This document shows positions 54,855 to 64,000 of a stretch of 64,000 bases of DNA, piece by piece (position 1 is the first letter of the stretch; every line of letters starts with the position of its first letter). The position numbers and the translations under genes were made by a program. The stretch lies in NCBI GenBank assembly GCA_964613905.1, contig CAZTIV010000007.1:312-64311 (forward strand), read 5' to 3'. The stretch is from an uncultured Gemmatimonadaceae bacterium. Its GTDB lineage: Bacteria > Gemmatimonadota > Gemmatimonadetes > Gemmatimonadales > GWC2-71-9. A model generated the notes under the pieces. It saw only the letters and a program-made list of their open reading frames with translations, made no database searches and was not told the DNA's origin.

Positions 54855-55493
54855 GTGAACACCAGGCTGCGCTGGTTTGACAGGGTGGGGGCGCTTGCCT
54901 CCACCCTCTGTCTTGTGATCGTCGTTGCTGGAGGTTGTGACATACGGGGCCCGGGGACCGGAAATGCGGCGGCTCAGCATGTCCCGGTGCACGTGGATTC
55001 GATATTCCCCATCGAGGAGGAGTTGCGCAGGTTCCGCGCGGTGTTGCCAGACTCAGTGACGACACTTGAAGGAGGCGCCGGGTCTCGCGAGGAACTCGTG
55101 CAGCGCTTTGTCGCGGGACTCGAGGCGGCCGACATCGACGCGCTCAGCGGGCTGCGAATAACACCGGGCGAGTTTGCCTGGCTTTACTATCCCTGGACGC
55201 GTTACACCCATCGTCCCTACGAGATGAGCCCGCAACTGCTCTGGTTTCAGCTCGAGAACTACGGCGGCCGCGGACTCTCCCGCGCCCTGACCCGCTACGG
55301 CGAACGCCCCCTTGGAATGGTTGGGCACATCTGCCCCGAGGAGCCCACCGTTCAAGGACCGAACAGGCTATGGGAAGGATGCCTGGTAAGGCGAGTGGTC
55401 GCTACGGGCGATACGGTCAGCCTCTCCCTGTTCGGGGCTATACTCGAACGGGACAGCAGATACAAATTCATCAACTTCGCCAATCGACTGTAA
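54855..55493 (+). CDS. Hypothetical lipoprotein (212 aa)
   Basis: In ORF 54708..55493. GTG at 54855 lies 4 nt after the upstream stop, with GAGGA upstream. Lipobox VVAGGC. No recognisable family. Confidence 0.5.
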   Translation: MNTRLRWFDRVGALASTLCLVIVVAGGCDIRGPGTGNAAAQHVPVHVDSIFPIEEELRRFRAVLPDSVTTLEGGAGSREELVQRFVAGLEAADIDALSGLRITPGEFAWLYYPWTRYTHRPYEMSPQLLWFQLENYGGRGLSRALTRYGERPLGMVGHICPEEPTVQGPNRLWEGCLVRRVVATGDTVSLSLFGAILERDSRYKFINFANRL

Positions 55494-55511
55494 CAAGCTG
55501 TAAAACAACAA

Positions 55512-55577
55512 GTTACCGAATCCAGCATCAGTTCGTCGTTACCTGCCCGTTACGCGTTCTACGCGATTTCGTTACGT
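55512..55577 (+). promoter_or_regulatory. Candidate Pho box array upstream of pstS
   Basis: GTTACCG(55512), GTTCGTC(55531), GTTACCT(55538), GTTACGC(55549), GTTACGT(55571). Spacings from 55538 onward are 11 and 22 bp, about 60 nt before the ATG. Confidence 0.5.
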
Positions 55578-55634
55578 GGCAATGCGATCATTTCCCTCTT
55601 ACAGAAGTACCACCGCACGTCTCGAATCAGGATC

Positions 55635-56723
55635 ATGCAAATGACCGTCTTCAAGGCTCCAGCGCGATTGCCAGCGCTCGCCCTGGGAGCGCTTCTCGCT
55701 TCGGGGTGTGGCAGCGGCGACCGTATCGTCATCAACGGCGCTGGCGCCACGTTCCCCAACATCATCTATCAGAAGTGGGCCTACGACTACAACCGCATTA
55801 CGCCGGGCGTGGAAATCAATTATCAGTCGATCGGCTCGGGTGGGGGCATCGCACAGTTCTCGGGCGGCACGGTGGACTTCGGCGGCACCGACGCGCCGCT
55901 CACTGAAAACGAACTGGCCGCGGTGAACGGAAACGCCCTGCACATTCCCACGGTGCTGGGAGCGGTAATTCCAACCTACAACCTTCCCGGAGTCACCGAG
56001 ACGCTGCGGTTCACGCCTGACATCCTGGCCGACATCTATCTCGGCCGGATTGTCCGCTGGAACGACCCTCGGATGGCCGCAGCGAACCCGGGTGTCAGCC
56101 TGCCGGACCATCCCATAGTGGTGGTCCACCGGTCGGACGGCTCGGGCACCACGTTCGTCTGGGTGGACTACCTCACCAAGGTGAGCGCCGACTGGGCTGG
56201 TCGAGTGGGACGGGGCAAGGCGGTGAATTGGCCTGTGGGAATCGGCGGCCGCGGCAATGAGGGTGTTGCCGCAGTTGTGTCACAGACGGCGGGCGCCATC
56301 GGGTACGTGGAGCTGGGGTACGCGGAGATCAATGACATGCCGCGGGGCATCGTGCAGAACCGCGCCGGCCATTTCGTTCCCCCAACCACCGCCACGATCA
56401 CCGCTGCAGCCGCTGGCGCCATGGCGGAAATGGGAGCCGACACGGACTTGAGGGTCTCAATCACGGATCCGGCGGGTCCCGACGACGCGTTCCCCATCTC
56501 GTCGTTCACGTGGGTGCTGGTGCAGCGCGAGTTCCGTGGGCCACGGGATCGGGGCCGCGCACTGGCCGATTTTCTCTGGTGGGCCATCACTTCAGGCCAG
56601 GCGGACGCCCCGAGCCTTGGCTACGCGCCCCTCCCTTCCGAGATGCAGCCGTGGATTGCCGACCGTCTCCGCCAAATCACCGTGGATGGGCAGCCGGTAT
56701 GGGATGGTCCTCCTTCGGACTGA
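55635..56723 (+). CDS. pstS: Phosphate ABC transporter substrate-binding lipoprotein
   Basis: Lipobox LASGC. INGAGATFPNIIYQKWAYDY, YQSIGSGGGI, GGTDAPL, HRSDGSGTT. Confidence 0.93.
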   Translation: MQMTVFKAPARLPALALGALLASGCGSGDRIVINGAGATFPNIIYQKWAYDYNRITPGVEINYQSIGSGGGIAQFSGGTVDFGGTDAPLTENELAAVNGNALHIPTVLGAVIPTYNLPGVTETLRFTPDILADIYLGRIVRWNDPRMAAANPGVSLPDHPIVVVHRSDGSGTTFVWVDYLTKVSADWAGRVGRGKAVNWPVGIGGRGNEGVAAVVSQTAGAIGYVELGYAEINDMPRGIVQNRAGHFVPPTTATITAAAAGAMAEMGADTDLRVSITDPAGPDDAFPISSFTWVLVQREFRGPRDRGRALADFLWWAITSGQADAPSLGYAPLPSEMQPWIADRLRQITVDGQPVWDGPPSD

Positions 56724-56741
56724 TCGCAAGGAATAATCAGT

Positions 56742-57686
56742 ATGCCTGAATCGGCCCGGCGGCGGCGGGCCACGGGAGATACGGTCTTCCGGCTCGTTCT
56801 CACCGGGCTCGCAGCGCTGGTGCCGCTCCTCATGCTGGCGCTGGTCTTCGAGCTCACCCGGAGCGCCTGGCCCAGCATCACGAAGTTCGGCCTGAGCTTC
56901 CTCTACACCAGCACGTGGGATCCCGTACGGGACGTGTACGGGGCGGCAGCGCCCATATTCGGCACGATCTTCTCCTCCCTGATAGCGCTGCTGATTGCCG
57001 TTCCGCTCTCGCTTGGCGTGGCGATCTTCCTTACGGAGTTCGCCCCGATGTGGCTGCGCCGACCCGTCGGCACGGCTGTGGAGCTCCTGGCCGCGATACC
57101 CAGCGTGGTGTATGGCCTGTGGGGCATCTTCGTGCTTATTCCGCTCCTCCGTCGCTACGTCGTGCCTTCCCTGCAGGGTGCGCTCGGTTGGACACCGTTC
57201 TTCGAGGGGACCTTCCACGGGAACTCCATGCTCGCGGCCGGGATCATTCTGGCCATCATGATCCTGCCGTACATCAGTTCCGTGTCACGCGAAGTAATCC
57301 AGGCCGTGCCGGGGCACCAGCGCGAGGCGGCGCTGGCGTTGGGAGCCACGCGCTGGGAGGCGGTATGGACCGCGGTGCTCCCTTACGCGCGCGCCGGAAT
57401 CATGGGAGCCATCGTGCTGGGGCTGGGCCGCGCGCTCGGAGAGACCATGGCGGTGACCATGGTGATCGGGAATCGGCATGATCTGGGTCTCTCTCTCGTA
57501 AATCCCGGATACACCATGGCCGCGGTGATCGCCTCGGAATTCAACGAGGCGTCGGGGCTGCAACGTGCCGCATTGTTCGAGATCGGGCTCGTGCTGTTCG
57601 GGATCACCGTACTGGTTAACGCTGCCGCCCGCCTGCTGGTCTGGCAGGTGGCTCGCGGCAGTGCGGTGGGAAGCCGAGCCCTGTGA
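56742..57686 (+). CDS. pstC: Phosphate ABC transporter permease PstC
   Basis: [13 protein letters not shown] (EAA loop), six TM segments, position after pstS. Confidence 0.92.
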   Translation: MPESARRRRATGDTVFRLVLTGLAALVPLLMLALVFELTRSAWPSITKFGLSFLYTSTWDPVRDVYGAAAPIFGTIFSSLIALLIAVPLSLGVAIFLTEFAPMWLRRPVGTAVELLAAIPSVVYGLWGIFVLIPLLRRYVVPSLQGALGWTPFFEGTFHGNSMLAAGIILAIMILPYISSVSREVIQAVPGHQREAALALGATRWEAVWTAVLPYARAGIMGAIVLGLGRALGETMAVTMVIGNRHDLGLSLVNPGYTMAAVIASEFNEASGLQRAALFEIGLVLFGITVLVNAAARLLVWQVARGSAVGSRAL

Positions 57687-58531
57687 TGAATCGCGCCACT
57701 CGCCGACGCGTCATCAGCCACGTTATGACGGGAGCCACCGTCCTTGCGGCGCTTCTGGCGTTGCTGCCGCTGTTCCTCATCCTGGGCGACCTCATAGCCA
57801 AGGGTGCGTCGAGCCTCAACTGGGAGTTCTTCGTCAAGACCCCCACACCCGCGGGAACCGCCGGCGGTGGCGTTGCCAACGCCATCGTGGGCACGCTCAT
57901 CATCGTGGGTGTGGGCTCCGCCATAGGGCTGCCGGTGGGAATCGGTGCCGGCGTTTATCTCGCCGAATACGGCAACGGGAAGTTCGGCTTCATAGTCAGG
58001 TTCGTGGCCGACGTGATGAACGGCACGCCATCGGTGATTGTCGGGATATTCGTGTGGACGTGGATGGTGCAGCCCATGGGGCATTTTTCCGCCCTGGCCG
58101 GAGGGGTAGCTCTTGCAATCCTCATGATCCCGATGGTCACGCGTACCACGGAGGAAATGGTGAGGCTGGTGCCCCACTCCCTGAGAGAGGCGGCGCTGGC
58201 ATTGGGGTATCCCCGGTGGCGAACCTTACTCGGCGTAATCGTCCGAAGCGCCTGGCCAGGCATCATCACCGGAGGGCTGGTGGCGGTGGCCCGCATTGCC
58301 GGTGAGACCGCCCCCCTGCTCTTCACCGCGCTGGGCAACCTCAACTTCCGCACGAACGTCATGGATCCCATGCAGACCCTGTCGCTGCAGATATATGTGT
58401 ACGCGACTGGACCATTTCCGGAATGGCACAGGCTGGCATGGGGGTCGGCCCTGGTGCTCATGGGCATCGTCCTGCTTTTCGGGACGGCCGCACGGTTCGT
58501 GACACGAACGAGGTTCCGCGATGGCAGCTGA
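57683..58531 (+). CDS. pstA: Phosphate ABC transporter permease PstA
   Basis: [28 protein letters not shown]-type overlap with pstC. Confidence 0.92.
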   Translation: MMNRATRRRVISHVMTGATVLAALLALLPLFLILGDLIAKGASSLNWEFFVKTPTPAGTAGGGVANAIVGTLIIVGVGSAIGLPVGIGAGVYLAEYGNGKFGFIVRFVADVMNGTPSVIVGIFVWTWMVQPMGHFSALAGGVALAILMIPMVTRTTEEMVRLVPHSLREAALALGYPRWRTLLGVIVRSAWPGIITGGLVAVARIAGETAPLLFTALGNLNFRTNVMDPMQTLSLQIYVYATGPFPEWHRLAWGSALVLMGIVLLFGTAARFVTRTRFRDGS

Positions 58532-59291
58532 TCGCCCCATCCGCGTGGCCACCGAGAATCTCTGGGCGTTGTTCAACGGCAAGCCCGCCGTGAAGGACGT
58601 GTCTCTGGGATTTCCGGCCAACACGGTCACTGCAATCATCGGTCCATCCGGATGCGGGAAGAGCACATTCCTGCGCTGTCTCAATCGCCTGCATGAGATG
58701 TCACTTGGCGGCACCACTCGGGGCAAAGTCCTGCTTGACGGCGAGGACATCTATGCGCCCGACGTGGACCCCGTGGAGATACGGAAGCGGGTGGGAATGG
58801 TGTTCCAGCACCCCAACCCCTTCCCCACCATGACCATCTACAGGAACGTGGCGGCGGGACTCAAGGTTAACGGCCGACTCAAGGGTGTCGCGCTGGATGA
58901 AGCGGTGGAGCGGGCACTCCGTCACGCTGCGCTCTGGGATGAAGTGAAGGACAGATTGCGCGGGAGTCCTCTGGCGCTGTCCGGCGGACAGCAGCAACGA
59001 CTCTGTATCGCGCGCGCCATCGCTCCCCGGCCCGACGTCGTGCTGCTCGATGAGCCCACCGCCGCCCTGGATCCCGGAGGCACTCAGTCGATCGAAGACC
59101 TTGTCCAGGAACTGAAACGCGACTATACGGTCGTCATTGTGACGCACAACATGCAGCAGGCGGCACGCGTCTCGGATTTCACGGCATTCTTCTACCTCGG
59201 TGAACTGATCGAAGTGGGCGAAACCTCAAAGGTCTTCACGGCGCCGAATCATGAACGGACCGAAGCGTACGTCACCGGGAGGTTTGGATGA
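58521..59291 (+). CDS. pstB: Phosphate ABC transporter ATP-binding protein (copy 1)
   Basis: [67 protein letters not shown]. Confidence 0.92.
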   Translation: MAADRPIRVATENLWALFNGKPAVKDVSLGFPANTVTAIIGPSGCGKSTFLRCLNRLHEMSLGGTTRGKVLLDGEDIYAPDVDPVEIRKRVGMVFQHPNPFPTMTIYRNVAAGLKVNGRLKGVALDEAVERALRHAALWDEVKDRLRGSPLALSGGQQQRLCIARAIAPRPDVVLLDEPTAALDPGGTQSIEDLVQELKRDYTVVIVTHNMQQAARVSDFTAFFYLGELIEVGETSKVFTAPNHERTEAYVTGRFG

Positions 59292-60070
59292 CGGCGGTAG
59301 CCGCAGTTCCGGCCACTTCGAGGGCGGTGGAAATCCAGGCGTTCCGATTCTGGTACGGACGCACGGAAGCCCTGCGCGGGATCTCACTTGGCGTTGCCTC
59401 CAACCATATAACCGCCTTCATCGGCCCTTCCGGCTGCGGCAAGAGTACCCTGCTCCGCGCGATCAACCGGATGAACGAACTGATCCCCGGTGTGCGGCAC
59501 GAGGGCGACATCCTTCTCTCCGAGCGCTCGGTCTACTCCCCGGAAACGGACGTCGTTCAACTCCGGCAGCAGGTCGGCATGGTCTTCCAGCGCCCCAACC
59601 CGTTCCCGAAGTCCGTCTATGACAACGTGGCATACGGGCCGCGGATGAACGCCCTGTGCGACCCCCGTGAGTTGCCGGATCGGGTGGAGCATGCGTTGAA
59701 GCGCGCAGCCCTCTGGGACGAAGTGGCCGACCGGCTGGATGAGCCGGGCACCGGACTGTCCGGCGGACAACAGCAGAGGCTCTGCATAGCCCGTGCACTG
59801 GCCAACGACCCGCAGGTGCTACTGCTCGATGAGCCATGCTCGGCGCTTGACCCGATCGCGACCCAGAAGATCGAGGATCTTCTGATCCAGCTCAAGCGGG
59901 AAGTGACCATTGTGATAGTGACGCATAACTTGCATCAGGCGGCCCGGGTGGCCGACTTCACGGGATTCTTCTTCCTCGGCGAACTGATCGAGTTCGGTGC
60001 GTCAGATGATATCTTCACGCGGCCCAGCGACGAGCGCACCGAGGCATATGTGACAGGGAGATTCGGATGA
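59288..60070 (+). CDS. pstB: Phosphate ABC transporter ATP-binding protein (copy 2)
   Basis: [71 protein letters not shown]. Confidence 0.92.
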   Translation: MTAVAAVPATSRAVEIQAFRFWYGRTEALRGISLGVASNHITAFIGPSGCGKSTLLRAINRMNELIPGVRHEGDILLSERSVYSPETDVVQLRQQVGMVFQRPNPFPKSVYDNVAYGPRMNALCDPRELPDRVEHALKRAALWDEVADRLDEPGTGLSGGQQQRLCIARALANDPQVLLLDEPCSALDPIATQKIEDLLIQLKREVTIVIVTHNLHQAARVADFTGFFFLGELIEFGASDDIFTRPSDERTEAYVTGRFG

Positions 60071-60741
60071 CCGGCGAGCCTCACAGACATTTTCACGACG
60101 AACTGGCCCTGCTGAAGGAGCGCCTGCTTACCATGTCGGGCCAGGCCCAGAACGCACTCGACCGGGCTGTCCGCAGCCTGCTGGACCGCGATCGCGAAGC
60201 CGCCAAACTGGTAGTGGCCGACGACGGCAGGATTGACCAGCTCGAGTCCGAGATCGAGGATATGGTGACGAGCCTGCTGGCTCGGCACCAACCCATGGCG
60301 AAGGATCTCCGGCTCATCCTCGCCGCACTCAAGATCTCGAACGATCTGGAGCGCGTCGGCGACCATGCGGTGAACATCGCCCAGAGCGCCAAACGCCTGT
60401 TCGAGTACCGATCGATCACACCGGAACCCGAGCTGATTGAGATGGCACGGCTCGCCAGCCGGATGCTGGCCGACGCACTTGACGCCTTCGTCCGGGGCGA
60501 TTCCACGCTCGGTCGCGACGTCTGCGCCCGGGATGATCAGGTAGATGCGCTGAATCGGTCCATGTTCCGCATCCTGATAACCCACATGGCGGAAGACGCC
60601 AGGATGATCGGAGCCGCCATGGAACTGTTCCTGGTAAGCCGGAACCTCGAACGCGTGGCCGACCTCGCGACCAACATCGCCGAGGACGTCGTATTCCTGG
60701 TGGAAGGAAAGAACATCAAGCACGGCGCAGAGGCCAGGTAG
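60067..60741 (+). CDS. phoU: Phosphate signalling complex protein PhoU
   Basis: Two PhoU repeats ([13 protein letters not shown] and [16 protein letters not shown]). Confidence 0.92.
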   Translation: MTGEPHRHFHDELALLKERLLTMSGQAQNALDRAVRSLLDRDREAAKLVVADDGRIDQLESEIEDMVTSLLARHQPMAKDLRLILAALKISNDLERVGDHAVNIAQSAKRLFEYRSITPEPELIEMARLASRMLADALDAFVRGDSTLGRDVCARDDQVDALNRSMFRILITHMAEDARMIGAAMELFLVSRNLERVADLATNIAEDVVFLVEGKNIKHGAEAR

Positions 60742-60758
60742 GCAGCGTCCACACCAAC

Positions 60759-60795
60759 TGGCATGCCATAATGGCGCCATTAAGCGGTATGGCGC
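60759..60795. promoter_or_regulatory. Twin 10-bp palindromes plus a half-site repeat upstream of dnaK
   Basis: TGGCATGCCA (60759-60768) and ATGGCGCCAT (60771-60780) are both perfect palindromes. ATGGCGC recurs at 60789-60795. Confidence 0.45.
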
Positions 60796-60857
60796 TTGCT
60801 CCAGCGACCATCTGGCGTTCGTGCGCATCAACTTAACCGAACTTGAGGAGCCGCCAC

Positions 60858-62780
<1,923 letters not shown>

Positions 62781-62851
62781 ACCGTGAAACTCTCCCGGCT
62801 CTCCGGTGTTATCTTTGGGAGGTATGACTCAAACACGGATCGGTAATCGCA

Positions 62852-64000
62852 ATGTCTCGCACGCGTGAGTGGATAAAACTCGGCATTCTGGTGGTGGGAG
62901 TAGCTGGCCTTGGAGTGCTGTTTGCCGCCGCTGTTGACCGCCCGCGCTCGTCGGAAGCACAGCAGCGCTCTACCGCCGCGGCCATGCTCCAGGAAGACCG
63001 CCCGGCTCCGCTGCCTGCGGCACAGCCCGCGCTGGATCTGGGTAATGCATTCGCGGCTGTGGCTGAGGCGGTGCGCCCCACGGTGGTGTACATCAACGCC
63101 GAGACCAGGACGGAGGCGCGCCGTGCCCCCGCCGTTCCGCGAGGTTTCGAAGAGTTCTTCGGCCCCGAGTTCCCTCAGCCACAGGGACCCCAGATACGTC
63201 GTGGTCAGGGGAGCGGGTTCATCATATCACCTGACGGCTACATCCTCACCAACAACCACGTGGTGGAAGGCGCCGACCGACTCCGCGTGTCGATGCTCGA
63301 CCGGCGCGTCTTTGACGCGCGCGTTGTGGGTCGTGACCCGGCCACGGACGTTGCGGTGATCAAGATTGACGGCACCGGCCTGCCAGCGGTGAGCTTCGGC
63401 GATTCGGACTCGTTGCGCATAGGCGAATGGGTGCTGGCCATCGGTAATCCGCTGGGTGAGGCCTTCTCCTTCACGGTCACCGCCGGCATCGTGAGCGCCA
63501 AGGGCCGGGTGCTCGACGGGCTGCCCATTGAGTCACAGTACCGCATTCAGGACTTCATTCAGACAGACGCAGCCATCAATCCGGGGAACTCAGGCGGACC
63601 GCTGGTCAACATTCGTGGACAGGTCGTGGGAATCAACTCGGCCATAGCGTCGCAGACGGGATTCTACCAGGGTTACGGGTTCGCGATCCCGATGAATCTG
63701 GCGCGAGTCGTGGCGCATCAGCTCATCACGGACGGCCGCGTGCGGCGGGCCATTCTCGGAATCTCGATCACCGATGCACGGCCCGAGGACGCCGAGTATG
63801 TCGGGCTCGATGAGATTCGCGGCGTTGTGGTACAGGATTTCAGCGGAACCGACAGTCCCGCCCGCCGCGCCGGTTTGCGGCCGGGAGACGTAATCGTCGA
63901 GCTCGACGGCGAGCCGATACACTACGTAGCCCAGCTTCAGCAGCGGGTGGGATTCAAGCGCCCGGGAGATGATGTCCGCGTAACGGTTCTGCGCAGCCGC
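62852..64000 (+). CDS. htrA: HtrA/DegP family serine protease (N-terminal 383 aa; runs off the right edge)
   Basis: Absent from the ORF track because it is open at the edge. My translation from ATG 62852 reads MSRTREWIKLGILVVGVAGLGVLF... (TM), GSGFIISPDGYILTNNHVV, DVAVIKI, TDAAINPGNSGGPLVN, then a PDZ start (GLRPGDVIVELDG). Confidence 0.88.
   Translation, partial: MSRTREWIKLGILVVGVAGLGVLFAAAVDRPRSSEAQQRSTAAAMLQEDRPAPLPAAQPALDLGNAFAAVAEAVRPTVVYINAETRTEARRAPAVPRGFEEFFGPEFPQPQGPQIRRGQGSGFIISPDGYILTNNHVVEGADRLRVSMLDRRVFDARVVGRDPATDVAVIKIDGTGLPAVSFGDSDSLRIGEWVLAIGNPLGEAFSFTVTAGIVSAKGRVLDGLPIESQYRIQDFIQTDAAINPGNSGGPLVNIRGQVVGINSAIASQTGFYQGYGFAIPMNLARVVAHQLITDGRVRRAILGISITDARPEDAEYVGLDEIRGVVVQDFSGTDSPARRAGLRPGDVIVELDGEPIHYVAQLQQRVGFKRPGDDVRVTVLRSR

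Noticed and set aside
60759-60775. TGGCAT as a sigma-54 -24 element upstream of dnaK
   Set aside because: The position where the -12 TTGC should lie reads AATG. The sequence is better explained as a palindrome.

Overview
GC-rich (roughly two-thirds G+C by eye) chromosomal segment from a diderm bacterium, shown by a TonB-dependent receptor and MltD-type lipoproteins. The gene content is reminiscent of Gemmatimonadota, but the phylum cannot be proven from the sequence alone. I call about 65 protein genes and 2 tRNAs, nearly all core functions. They are: FHA protein, uvrA, tRNA-Asn, hsp20, an M24 peptidase, holB-moaC, two lytic transglycosylases, tRNA-Lys, a SWIB-domain protein and the ffh-rpsP-rimM-trmD-rplS-rnhB block. 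Next come prepilin peptidase, thiD and a polyphosphate module (SixA, CHAD+CYTH, ppk1, ppx). Then an ECF sigma/anti-sigma operon with two periplasmic HEAT-repeat proteins, and a tightly coupled nucleoside-scavenging operon (secreted double 5'-nucleotidase, ThiS-like ORF, add, nupC, PNP). The right end holds a large phosphate block (phoB-phoR, TonB-dependent receptor plus two lipoproteins, pstS-C-A-B-B2-phoU), then dnaK and htrA. I saw no CRISPR array, integrase, transposase or recognisable defence genes. The observations most worth a second look are these. (1) An uncharacterised TonB-receptor/lipoprotein module sits inside the Pho block, and all three of its promoters carry GTTAC repeats in an 11-bp register (candidate Pho boxes). 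(2) A ~1.05 kb segment downstream of the ECF/HEAT operon is bracketed by a decayed ~62-bp copy of the HEAT gene 3' end. It contains a C11 homopolymer with conflicting ORFs on both strands. (3) The ECF/anti-sigma/periplasmic HEAT-repeat operon is itself linked by consecutive 4-nt start/stop overlaps. (4) A ~200-bp AT-rich island with palindromic AAGTGAG sites lies upstream of holB. (5) tRNA-Lys ends 3 nt before a CDS start codon. All functional calls come from reading the translations by eye; no database search was possible.
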